In this document: positions 50,832 to 59,445 of the stretch, piece by piece
Layout: each line of letters begins with the position of its first letter
Position numbering within the stretch: the first letter of the stretch is position 1
Source of the DNA: a virus
Virus record (IMG/VR): IMGVR_UViG_3300019854_000029
Span: 56,360 to 120,359 of that record
DNA: 64,000 nucleotides
Strand: one strand, 5' to 3'
Position numbers and translations under genes: made by a program
Notes under the pieces: generated by a model
Database searches by the model: none
What the model was told of the DNA's origin: nothing
The model's input: the letters and a program-made list of their open reading frames with translations, nothing else

Positions 50832-51326
50832 ATGGACTACTACACGACACTCAGGCGCGAAACCGTTAAATCAGCTCGCTTTGACCCGCTTATTTTCTTA
50901 TATGCACACCTCGGGGATGAAGGCGCGTTCGACGGTCACGTTTTCTCTCCTAACCTAAAAAACGTTCCGGTACTCATGCGTCTAACAAACGACGACCACA
51001 TTTCCTTGTCCATCACCGAGTGGTACGACGAAATAAGCGTTTTTGATAAGCACACAAGCACGGCGCACAGTACCCCAGTTGAAAGCGGAGAACTTCTGTG
51101 GGAATTTGACGGCGATGCTTGGGAACGCAGCGACTACATGCCAGACAGTGCAGAACGATTCTCGGAGGAAATTATGATCGCCAACGCCCTCAGTGATTGG
51201 GAAAACCTCGTATGCAGGCTCGACGCTCGCAAAGGCCCGGAAGAACACGCATGGTTCTTCCCGCTCGGACTTGAATCGGCCTCAAAGCACCCGGGGCTGA
51301 TGATGTACACCAGTAACCGAAACTAA
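50832..51326 (+). CDS. Hypothetical protein (164 aa), paralog of 51360-51860
   Basis: MDYYTTLRRETVKSARFDPLIFLYAHLGDEGAFDGH...AWFFPLGL... versus MDYQTLKRDTIEQARRDPASFLYAMLGKEGAFDGH...AWFFPVGL... Confidence 0.65.
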   Translation: MDYYTTLRRETVKSARFDPLIFLYAHLGDEGAFDGHVFSPNLKNVPVLMRLTNDDHISLSITEWYDEISVFDKHTSTAHSTPVESGELLWEFDGDAWERSDYMPDSAERFSEEIMIANALSDWENLVCRLDARKGPEEHAWFFPLGLESASKHPGLMMYTSNRN

Positions 51327-51359
51327 CAGCCCAGAAAACGCGGAAAGAAAACCAGACCA

Positions 51360-51860
51360 ATGGACTACCAGACACTCAAACGCGACACTATCGAACAGGC
51401 CCGCCGAGACCCCGCTAGTTTCCTGTACGCAATGCTCGGGAAAGAAGGCGCATTTGACGGCCATGCTCCCGCCTCATCAGTGGGCTACCAGCCGACGATC
51501 ATGCATGTAGTGGACGACGGCGACCACGTTTCACTATCTGTCACCGTATGGAAAGAAGCAAAGTTTCTTACTTTCGAGAAAACCACATACAAAGCACACA
51601 GCGTGCTAAGCGAAAACGGGGCGATTTCATGGGAGTTCGACGAGCGTACCTGCGCCCGTGGCTATGACTACGAATACAACGAGGCAGAACGCTTTACGGA
51701 CAAGCTCATCCTCGGTGAAGCCTTCAGCGAGTGGGAGGACCTTGCGAATAGCGTCGCGGCCCGCGAAGATTCCCAAGAATACGCATGGTTCTTCCCTGTC
51801 GGGCTAAATGCAGCATTTAAGCTCTCGGGCATGACAATGTTCGCCAGTAACCAAAACTAA
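51360..51860 (+). CDS. Hypothetical protein (166 aa), paralog of 50832-51326
   Basis: See the previous feature; roughly 40 percent identity by eye. Confidence 0.65.
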   Translation: MDYQTLKRDTIEQARRDPASFLYAMLGKEGAFDGHAPASSVGYQPTIMHVVDDGDHVSLSVTVWKEAKFLTFEKTTYKAHSVLSENGAISWEFDERTCARGYDYEYNEAERFTDKLILGEAFSEWEDLANSVAAREDSQEYAWFFPVGLNAAFKLSGMTMFASNQN

Positions 51861-51888
51861 CAACGGAGAGGAACACGGAGGCTAAACA

Positions 51889-52128
51889 GTGAACAGTGAA
51901 AGCGAAAACATGTACCACATTGAGATTGGAATTATCGGCTCAAGCCGCGTCATTCGCACTTTGTCAATGGAACAGTACAAAGCAAACGTTAAGTATGCTG
52001 ACATCTGCTATGGCATCTCGTGCAGGCGTGGAATATTTGAGATTTGTGAGGATGGGTCTCGCGTTTCTATTCCAGATCACGCCGTCGCGTGGGTGCAAAT
52101 CGTAAAAGACGAAGAACAAGCAGACTAG
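51889..52128 (+). CDS. Small protein (79 aa), paralog of 50461-50682
   Basis: GTG start preceded by GGAGG at 7 nt. Confidence 0.6.
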   Translation: MNSESENMYHIEIGIIGSSRVIRTLSMEQYKANVKYADICYGISCRRGIFEICEDGSRVSIPDHAVAWVQIVKDEEQAD

Positions 52129-52182
52129 CTATAGAACATAGGCCATACGAAAAAACAGCCACACCAAGCAAGGAAGGCGATC

Positions 52183-52614
52183 ATGCACACCTACTACGCA
52201 AACAAAGTCCGTCACCAATTACAAGACGTGCTACGCATGACCGATGCAAACCCGGCATTTGTGACAGCTTGGGCAGAGGCCATAGCCTATGCGGCAAGGA
52301 ATGAGGGTGACACTCTTACGGCTCGCCGCATTGAGCATCATGGCGTATTGGTCGATAGAGATGGAACGATCTACGGCTACACGGAATCAACGCCGCTCGT
52401 AGGTGAACTTGGAAGTATTAGGTGGAGCGGCTACACGCTCACGCCAGAGACATGCTTAGCAATTGGGGTATCTCCTACACGACGCATAAGCGCAGGTCGC
52501 GGCTACTGGTTCAAGCACCCCAATCTCGCAGGAGGCCGCTCGCTCGCACACGTGAAGTTCTCCGAGGTCGGTATGGGGTCAGCCCTTGATGAACGAGGCA
52601 AGCTGAGGCGGTAG
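52183..52614 (+). CDS. Hypothetical protein (143 aa)
   Basis: ATG preceded by AAGGAAGG. No motif recognised. Confidence 0.6.
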   Translation: MHTYYANKVRHQLQDVLRMTDANPAFVTAWAEAIAYAARNEGDTLTARRIEHHGVLVDRDGTIYGYTESTPLVGELGSIRWSGYTLTPETCLAIGVSPTRRISAGRGYWFKHPNLAGGRSLAHVKFSEVGMGSALDERGKLRR

Positions 52615-52617
52615 TAA

Positions 52618-53142
52618 ATGCATATCACGCTAGTAGCCGCGCTCACTGTCGCGATGGTGGTTTGCCTGTTAATCTCACTCGCCACTGAGGAAGCAGCCAA
52701 CAGGCTAGAGGAAAATGCGGAAGCACATGTTAAAAGCGAAACAGCGTTACGTGTCGCCCACTTTCTTGCTTACGCGGCAGCGGTCCTCATCCTCCCCGTG
52801 CTATTGATATTGCTCATTGACGAAAACCTCCCATTGAGTCCAAGCGAGGAAACGCTAGGAAACGCAGGTAATCGTGGGAACGTTTTCTTGCAACTACTGT
52901 GCGCAGCAGGAATCGCGCTTCTTGCGTCTGATGTTGCGGTCCACAATCGCGCGTTGAAAGAAAAGCGGCCCCGAGTTTTTCGTGTCCTAACCAACGTGCG
53001 TGAGGTATGCGGAGTGGTGGTCGTTGCGGCAATTGCCGGACTTGTTGCTTGGTACATATCGGACACACTCATACAGTGCCTGATCGACACGCACGAAAAG
53101 TTTTCACAAAGCATCAGCCAATACTGCAAAGGCGCGTGCTAA
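52618..53142 (+). CDS. Small polytopic membrane protein (174 aa)
   Basis: Four hydrophobic helices. It starts 4 nt after the upstream stop. Confidence 0.6.
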   Translation: MHITLVAALTVAMVVCLLISLATEEAANRLEENAEAHVKSETALRVAHFLAYAAAVLILPVLLILLIDENLPLSPSEETLGNAGNRGNVFLQLLCAAGIALLASDVAVHNRALKEKRPRVFRVLTNVREVCGVVVVAAIAGLVAWYISDTLIQCLIDTHEKFSQSISQYCKGAC

Positions 53143-53193
53143 CACAACACGCTTAACCCAATCCATCAGACCAAACCAGAGGAGCACACTGAA

Positions 53194-53589
53194 ATGGGCG
53201 CATTGATTAGTACAGTCGTATGGGTTGCGATAACTCTACTAGGAGTATTTGTTCTTGTTAATACCGTAGCTTCAGTACGTAATGGTGATACTGATGCCGT
53301 GCGTAATGGGCTTCTGCTGGACATCGTGTATTTGCTCTTACTGTTGCTACTAAAGATGTACGGCCCGACCGTGCAATGGGGAGAAAGCATTGAAGAAGTA
53401 AAAACGTTCTTTGCCCAACATCTAGTTTTTACCACCGTTTGCATGTGGACGGTTTTCCTACTAGAAGCGTTCGCTTTCGTTGATTTCTTTGTCGCAGCCC
53501 ACCGCACTGACCCAAAGAGGCTAAAACGCGACGTTTATTTGTTGCTCTTTACAGGGCTGCTTTCAGTGTTGCTACTTAGCACCATGTAA
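53194..53589 (+). CDS. Small polytopic membrane protein (131 aa)
   Basis: Four hydrophobic helices with a GAGGAG RBS. Local GC is ~40-47 percent in the two 60-nt lines I counted. Confidence 0.6.
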   Translation: MGALISTVVWVAITLLGVFVLVNTVASVRNGDTDAVRNGLLLDIVYLLLLLLLKMYGPTVQWGESIEEVKTFFAQHLVFTTVCMWTVFLLEAFAFVDFFVAAHRTDPKRLKRDVYLLLFTGLLSVLLLSTM

Positions 53590-53646
53590 CTAATCGCTTT
53601 TAAGACAAGCACTCTTCCCTAGTGCGACGGAAAGAAGATACCGAAA

Positions 53647-53880
53647 ATGCGTGATTTTGTTATCACCTATCCGGCGGTCAGTATTGCCGCTGGCCTCACG
53701 CTGCTTACAGCAATGGTGCTTAGCGATGTGGCGATCATGGCACCGTTCTGGTTCTCAGAAAAACGGCTGAAAACATTCACTCGCTGTTTGACTGTTAGTC
53801 GCGTCGCGGCAGTGGCTACTGCTCTGGTTTTCGCTATCGCATTTTTCGCGTTCACAGTAAATAAGCTCATCCAAGGCTAG
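53647..53880 (+). CDS. Small membrane protein (77 aa)
   Basis: Two hydrophobic helices. Confidence 0.55.
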   Translation: MRDFVITYPAVSIAAGLTLLTAMVLSDVAIMAPFWFSEKRLKTFTRCLTVSRVAAVATALVFAIAFFAFTVNKLIQG

Positions 53881-53899
53881 AGGAAGGAAGGGCCTCGAA

Positions 53900-54247
53900 A
53901 TGTTTACCGCTGTTATCCTCACCGCTACCGGTATCGTGTCCGTGTTCTTTATGTGTATGGCCTACGCTGCGAACACTGACAGTAAGACGAATGCTTACGA
54001 GATCGCGTGCTCTGTCACCGTCATCGCTGGCGTAACGATCATGGTCTACTTCCAAGCTGCCATGCACCTACACCACATGGCAGCTTACGACCTAGCGTCC
54101 ATTGTCATGCTTACAAGCGCCACAGCATTGGTCTTAAAGCGCCCCATTAAAGGCGATCTAACCGTTTTGGGACTGCGTGCCGCGATCCTCGTCATCTGTC
54201 TACCGGCAATCGCCTGCCTCCTGCTCAGCTTCAGTATCCACGTCTAA
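53900..54247 (+). CDS. Small polytopic membrane protein (115 aa)
   Basis: Three to four hydrophobic helices, with GGAAGGAAGG upstream. Confidence 0.6.
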   Translation: MFTAVILTATGIVSVFFMCMAYAANTDSKTNAYEIACSVTVIAGVTIMVYFQAAMHLHHMAAYDLASIVMLTSATALVLKRPIKGDLTVLGLRAAILVICLPAIACLLLSFSIHV

Positions 54248-54308
54248 CCCGAGACGACGAAACAAAAAATAAAGAAACTAACCTAACAACCATCGAAAGG
54301 ACCGCTTT

Positions 54309-54404
54309 ATGCAGCGCTTACTGCCCGCCCTAATCGCTGACCTGCTCCTATGCCTACTCCTTCCCTCATACGTCATCTTTATCGTCATTCACAATCTTCT
54401 TTGA
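54309..54404 (+). CDS. Possible 31-aa hydrophobic peptide, not in the ORF track
   Basis: MQRLLPALIADLLLCLLLPSYVIFIVIHNLL, with AAAGGA 8 nt upstream. It continues the run of membrane proteins. Confidence 0.3.
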   Translation: MQRLLPALIADLLLCLLLPSYVIFIVIHNLL

Positions 54405-54441
54405 TCTAAGCCACGCCAAAGCGCACAAAAGGAGGTGCCTT

Positions 54442-54855
54442 ATGGTTACGAAAACCGTGCGGCGTGTGGCCCTCATGTCCATTCACCCGCGCTACGCGCA
54501 CGCTATCCTCGACGGGCGCAAAGCCGTTGAGTTCCGTAAGCGTCCTCTCGCTTCTGACGTGTCGCATGTCGTTGTTTACTCCACGGCTCCCGATCAGAAA
54601 GTTCTTGGCTACTTTGAGATCGACAAGCAGGTTGAGCTGTCTCCCGAAGCCTTGTGGGAACAATACGGAAACCAAGGAATCATCGAGAAAGACCGTTTCT
54701 TCTCCTACTACGAGGGCAGAGAAACAGGCGTGGGCATCCTAGTTAAGCGAGTATTCCGGTGTGAACAGTCGCGTTCTTTAAGTGACATCGGCGTGGCAAC
54801 GCCGCCCCAAAGTTTCCAGTACCTCTCTGAGGACGCACTACAAGTTCTCGCTTAA
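54442..54855 (+). CDS. ASCH (PUA-like) domain protein
   Basis: VALMSIHPRYAHAILDGRKAVEFRKRP...HVVVYSTAPDQKVLGYFEI follows the ASCH N-terminal pattern. AAGGAGG RBS. Confidence 0.6.
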   Translation: MVTKTVRRVALMSIHPRYAHAILDGRKAVEFRKRPLASDVSHVVVYSTAPDQKVLGYFEIDKQVELSPEALWEQYGNQGIIEKDRFFSYYEGRETGVGILVKRVFRCEQSRSLSDIGVATPPQSFQYLSEDALQVLA

Positions 54856-54878
54856 AACCTGATTAAGGACCGACCAAC

Positions 54879-55943
54879 ATGACCACCAGAGAAATCACGC
54901 TAAACCAGAGCAGTAGCGACGGCTTCTACACGAAGCTCCTTCGAGGCCGCTACGTCACCAGCATCGACAACGATGTAATTACCCTCGATAACGGGATAGA
55001 ACTCCACATTTGGGGTAACGACGGCTGCATGAACTGCGCGAACGGCAGCTATTGGCTCGAACAGGTTTTCAAGCGCGGCAGTAGCAAAGCGCGCATCATG
55101 AGCGCCTACGTGGACTGCGACGAAGATGACGGAAACCCCTCAACCGTGTACACGATTTTCGTGATAGTGGACGGAAACCCCCATCACCTGCCTCTCGCAA
55201 CCGTCAGGGGTGATGACGGTAATGGCTACTACGGCACCGGGTTCACGCTCACTGCCACCATTGAAACATCCTCAGCGCCGCCCACCACGGTCACGCCCCG
55301 TGACATTATCAACGCGGTCGCGGGCGGGAAAACACCCCCGCCTATCCCCGGTATTTCTGACCGCGAAAGCCTTCTCAACGCTGTTGCCTACACTATCCAG
55401 CAAACGCGAGGCTTCGACTCACCTCTACGCATTACCGGCCCCGAAGCTCAGCTTTTCCACAAGCTAACCGCTGTCCCATACGGCGGGCAGTATGGTCCTT
55501 ACTACGCGCTCAATTGGAGTGGCTTTAATCAAAAAACCCTGTTCTGGTTCGCTGACATGGAGGACGGCGTATCTTTCGTCCTGCGTGATCTCTCCAACGG
55601 GACGGAAGCCTACGCCGCGAAACTACGCGCCTTCACAGACCGAGTGCGCGCTTCCGAGGGCGCCATTAAGACTTTCGTCACCGACTACGCGCTGAAGGGT
55701 AATACGGCCACCATCAACGGAGTCCGAGTGCCCGCCACCGACTTCCTTCTCTCTGAAGTTTGCGGCTTCCACGGGAACAAAATTGGCCCCAAGTGGACCT
55801 ACATCCACGACTACTACTTCTTTAGCTACGCGAGCTACAGTGCGCGCATTATTAAGCATCGTGAAGGTGGGCGCGGAGACGTTGTGATCTGGTCAGACTC
55901 CCAGAACGTGTGGGCAGTAAACCCGCAAGTAAGCCGTTCGTAA
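54879..55943 (+). CDS. Hypothetical protein (354 aa); its N-terminal domain is paralogous to 48805-49284
   Basis: See 48805-49284. The C-terminal ~200 aa are unique. Confidence 0.65.
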   Translation: MTTREITLNQSSSDGFYTKLLRGRYVTSIDNDVITLDNGIELHIWGNDGCMNCANGSYWLEQVFKRGSSKARIMSAYVDCDEDDGNPSTVYTIFVIVDGNPHHLPLATVRGDDGNGYYGTGFTLTATIETSSAPPTTVTPRDIINAVAGGKTPPPIPGISDRESLLNAVAYTIQQTRGFDSPLRITGPEAQLFHKLTAVPYGGQYGPYYALNWSGFNQKTLFWFADMEDGVSFVLRDLSNGTEAYAAKLRAFTDRVRASEGAIKTFVTDYALKGNTATINGVRVPATDFLLSEVCGFHGNKIGPKWTYIHDYYFFSYASYSARIIKHREGGRGDVVIWSDSQNVWAVNPQVSRS

Positions 55944-55950
55944 CTAAAAA

Positions 55951-55992
55951 ACTGAAGCGCCCTCACGGAATGTCTTGTGGGGGCGCTTCAGT
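55951..55992. terminator. Bidirectional terminator between convergent blocks
   Basis: 12-bp perfect stem ACTGAAGCGCCC (55951-55962) / GGGCGCTTCAGT (55981-55992), with an A-run on the 5' side. Confidence 0.7.
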
Positions 55993-56034
55993 ATCCATCC
56001 GAGAGTGGTTGGCTCTCTGTTATGAGTCTACCGA

Positions 56035-57579
56035 TTATTTTGCTGCGAGGACCTTGAACCACACGGGGTTCATGTCTCTGGGGAAGTCGCTTCCCCAAAT
56101 CAGGTAGAGGCTTTCTAGGCGCGTCGAGGATGTCCATGACTCTAACTGTCCACTCTCGCCGGGTTTGAGCGTGAGAGACGTTTTCAGGCCGTACACGGTG
56201 CCTGTGCGGACGCTTACTGTCCGGTTAGCGTCTACGAGAGCGTCCCTACTGGTAATAGTCACCTCCTTGTCGGAGAGGTTACGCACCGTGAAAGCGTAGT
56301 AAGCGTATTTCACGTCGCTGGTCGGGCTGAATCCACGGTTCTGTTCGCTCTTTTGTTCCATGATTTGATGAGCGTCTGTTCCGATCACGAACTTTGAGAG
56401 CGTCACTTCGATGGGCTGTTTCTGGTCGCCGTCAATGTAGCTGGTGACAATCGGCGTGCCTAAGCCTGCTGGCTGGTTGAATGAGCCGTCTCCTACGTGC
56501 GGCATTACAGCGCCGTCCGTACTGGTTTCCATCTTGTGAGCGCCAATCCACGGTTCGAGATACCTGTTCGCGTCGAACTTACGTTCACCGTTGTTGGGAA
56601 CGATCTGAATCGTCTCATGCTTAGCGTCGAGGATAGACGCGGCTTGTTCAGCGAACTGGTCTTGCAACGAGGACAGTTCAGGCGCGGCAAACAACGTGTC
56701 GTCCATGTACACGTCCTCATCAGTGGACAAGGCGCACGAGGACTTCACGCCCACACCATTGCACGTGAACGCGGGCGCACGGTTCACGGTTTTCGTCGGC
56801 AAATCGCTCTGCGCGGCAATGTAGGAAGCGAAAGCGTCCGTGAGCTTCTTCTGATACTCCACGTCTTTCGCATCCTGCAAACCGGCGGCTGCGAGAGCGG
56901 TTTTCACTTGGGACACGTCGAGCTTGATCTTGCTGTAATCCACGACCTGTAGGCTCACGCTTTCCCCGTTGTTCAGCGTGGACGGGGCTTGAGTGATCTT
57001 CCACGTGAACGGGCTGCGGTGCGCGGTGTTTCTCCACGTGAGCTGCGGACTGTCAGGCACAGAGTAAGACACCGCGCCGGTAATGGCCTGCACGGCTTTA
57101 ATGCGCGTCTGATTACCGTTCAAGTACGCGGATTCTTTCGCAACATACGAGTCGGGGATAACCGAGTTCAACCCGTCAGCGTTAAACCCAGCGAGAGCCG
57201 TCATGTACGCGCTGTACGAGGTGATACCACGGTTCTCGGCGGGAATGTCTTTCACCGGGGGAACGAGGAAACCGAAATAGAACGCGAGCACGCTCAGGGT
57301 CGCGGTCCCCGCAATGACGGGACGCGCCCACCGACGCTTCTTTTTAGGTTTCGTCTGTTGGCCCCATGCTGCGCCGCCGAGACCGACCTGCCCCATAGCT
57401 TCACCCCACGACTGGGTTTGAGTGGGGGCGGGTTCACCCCACCCTCCGGTGTCACTGTTACCCCACGCGGGGGTGGTGGTTTGGTTTGCGGGGGCGGGTT
57501 CTTCACCCCAGCCGCCGCCCCAGCTTTGAGGCTGTGGGCTTCCGGTGGGTTCCATGCCCCACCCGTAATCGTTACTCAT
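56035..57579 (-). CDS. Single-pass membrane protein (514 aa): disordered GW-rich cytoplasmic N-terminus and a large extracytoplasmic domain
   Basis: Repeated GWG/SWG motifs, TM segment VIAGTATLSVLAFYFGFLV, and a beta-rich C-terminal domain. Confidence 0.6.
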   Translation of the reverse strand: MSNDYGWGMEPTGSPQPQSWGGGWGEEPAPANQTTTPAWGNSDTGGWGEPAPTQTQSWGEAMGQVGLGGAAWGQQTKPKKKRRWARPVIAGTATLSVLAFYFGFLVPPVKDIPAENRGITSYSAYMTALAGFNADGLNSVIPDSYVAKESAYLNGNQTRIKAVQAITGAVSYSVPDSPQLTWRNTAHRSPFTWKITQAPSTLNNGESVSLQVVDYSKIKLDVSQVKTALAAAGLQDAKDVEYQKKLTDAFASYIAAQSDLPTKTVNRAPAFTCNGVGVKSSCALSTDEDVYMDDTLFAAPELSSLQDQFAEQAASILDAKHETIQIVPNNGERKFDANRYLEPWIGAHKMETSTDGAVMPHVGDGSFNQPAGLGTPIVTSYIDGDQKQPIEVTLSKFVIGTDAHQIMEQKSEQNRGFSPTSDVKYAYYAFTVRNLSDKEVTITSRDALVDANRTVSVRTGTVYGLKTSLTLKPGESGQLESWTSSTRLESLYLIWGSDFPRDMNPVWFKVLAAK

Positions 57580-57617
57580 GGGTTGTCCTCACTCTTTGGT
57601 TTAGCGTTTCGTTTCGA

Positions 57618-58124
57618 TTACTCGAAGCTATCGAGGCCAGCGAAGAAACTGTCCATCGCATCTGCATCTTCTAGGTCGATATCAATGTTGTATCCGTCCG
57701 TATCGACGGTTTCTTCCACGGGCGGGAGCGTCGGCCCCACAGTCTCAACGGGAGCTTCTTCCCGAGGCTCTACAGTGGGTTCTTCTTCCACTGGTTCAAC
57801 ACTGTCAGCGTCTACCGTGGGGACAAGACCACCTTGCGCAACGAGAGTAGCCATCCACGCGCGAATATCCGCGAGTTCCGCTTCCAACTGCTCAACGTTC
57901 GACACGGCGGGGGCACTTGCCGCAACCTGCTCAACGCTAGGTTCAGTGCTTGTCCCGAGAGCTTTCTCCACGTAAGCGCGCACGCCCTCATCGTTTTGGT
58001 AGCCCTCAAGGAGAGCAATCACAAGACGAGTGAGACGCTTGCTTGACGCGAACGGCACAAGCACCTCGCTTGCGAGACGCGGGGGGACGTTACTAATGGT
58101 GATAGTCCAACGGTTTTTGCTCAT
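57618..58124 (-). CDS. Possible ribbon-helix-helix DNA-binding protein with an acidic tail (ParR-like adaptor candidate)
   Basis: The N-terminal WTITISNVPPRLASEVLVPFASSKRLTRLVIALLEGY has a beta-alpha-alpha pattern. The C-terminal half is very acidic. AGGAAGG RBS; 32-nt overlap with the upstream gene. Confidence 0.4.
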   Translation of the reverse strand: MSKNRWTITISNVPPRLASEVLVPFASSKRLTRLVIALLEGYQNDEGVRAYVEKALGTSTEPSVEQVAASAPAVSNVEQLEAELADIRAWMATLVAQGGLVPTVDADSVEPVEEEPTVEPREEAPVETVGPTLPPVEETVDTDGYNIDIDLEDADAMDSFFAGLDSFE

Positions 58125-59358
58125 TTCCGGGCCTTCCTAAAGTCTGTACTTGAACGGTTTTCACGAACTCTTGATATGCACTCGGCCTGCCCTCAGTATT
58201 CTTCAACGCTTGGGGGTGTACAACGTCCAAGACCACTGTCTCGGGACGGTACTGCAACGCGGGGATAGTGAGGAACGCGAGACGGAAGAACTGCGTGAAC
58301 CGCATGGTCGTCGCCGCAACGTAAGGGCGGGACACCCCACCCAGAGCGTTGTAGAGCGCTCGCGGGATATCGTGCGTGAGAGGCCCGCCGACAACGACAA
58401 CGTGATACCCGTCAGCGACGATCTGAGAGAGCCGCGCGTTCCAGTCAACGTTTAACAGTGTGCCTTCAGTGAAAGCGATTCCCTCCGCTGCGACGAGCAA
58501 CATGAGGTCCTTTTCTTTCGTGAGAGCATACGGGGGGTTCCCCACGCCATTCACGAGCCAGTCAGCGCACGACGAGGCGCGCGAACCGAGCTTATAAGTA
58601 GCGATACTCTCCGGGTTCACATCGAGCACGCACACGCGCTCAGCGTTGATCTTTGGCAGCACGTAGGACGTGAGAGACCGATACAGCATGTCACCCAAAG
58701 TCCCATCGTTCCCGGCGAACAAGAAAGTAACTTTCGCCCGGTCAATCTGAGACACAGCGAGCGCCACCGACGGGAACTGCGTAGGGGACTGGACTGCGTT
58801 CGCATAGCGGGGCAGCATGAAACTCACGCTACGCGGCCCACTGTCACCCGTGGGCTGCTGACGCTTAAGATCAAGGTTTTCTTTCGTCAAGCGAGCGTTT
58901 TGCACCTGTAGTGACCTGATCTCATCGACCTGTGTCTTACTGGTTTTCAACGCGGTTGCGAGTTCAGCTTTAACGCGCTCAAGTTCATCAAAATCAGCGG
59001 TCGTTGCGCCCGCCCCAAGTCCCTTTGCGAGCAGCGCAAGCAGAGCTTCGGTATCAACCTTCACGCCGCCCGTAGACGCGGGAGGCTCAAGGGACGCGCC
59101 CCGCGCGTTCAACGATTCAACGAGCTTCGCGTCCCCCACGTAGGGGATAGTCACCCCACTGTCAGAGGACACGTACTGTTCGGGGGCGACAAGGAACACG
59201 ACGTTCGCGCGGTTCATGTTCGCGGCAGCTTGGAGAGCTGAAACGCTCACTTCCATGACGCTCACGTTCCCAGCGCCGTAAATCTGATCGCACGCTTGGC
59301 TAAGCAAGTCAACAGCAGTCTTTGGAAGCCCAGCGTGTAGGGCCTTAAATGTTCCCAC
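58093..59358 (-). CDS. Hypothetical protein (421 aa): N-terminal domain, coiled coil, C-terminal ParA/TadZ-like fold with a degenerate P-loop
   Basis: GTG start with AAAGGTGG upstream. Coiled coil ELERVKAELATALKTSKTQVDEIRSLQVQNARLTKENLDLKRQ. AKVTFLFAGNDGTLGDMLYRSLTSYVL lies where a deviant Walker A would be. Confidence 0.4.
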   Translation of the reverse strand: MGTFKALHAGLPKTAVDLLSQACDQIYGAGNVSVMEVSVSALQAAANMNRANVVFLVAPEQYVSSDSGVTIPYVGDAKLVESLNARGASLEPPASTGGVKVDTEALLALLAKGLGAGATTADFDELERVKAELATALKTSKTQVDEIRSLQVQNARLTKENLDLKRQQPTGDSGPRSVSFMLPRYANAVQSPTQFPSVALAVSQIDRAKVTFLFAGNDGTLGDMLYRSLTSYVLPKINAERVCVLDVNPESIATYKLGSRASSCADWLVNGVGNPPYALTKEKDLMLLVAAEGIAFTEGTLLNVDWNARLSQIVADGYHVVVVGGPLTHDIPRALYNALGGVSRPYVAATTMRFTQFFRLAFLTIPALQYRPETVVLDVVHPQALKNTEGRPSAYQEFVKTVQVQTLGRPGNEQKPLDYHH

Positions 59359-59380
59359 GGTTTCACCACCTTTCTGGGAA

Positions 59381-59430
59381 GCTCACGCGCGCCCACTACT
59401 GAGTGAGGGACGCGGCAGGCGCGCGTGAGC
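59381..59430 (-). terminator. Strong intra-operon hairpin after the actin-like gene
   Basis: 13-bp perfect GC-rich stem GCTCACGCGCGCC (59381-59393) / GGCGCGCGTGAGC (59418-59430), with no U-tract. Confidence 0.4.
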
Positions 59431-59445
59431 GGCTAGGGGGAAGGC

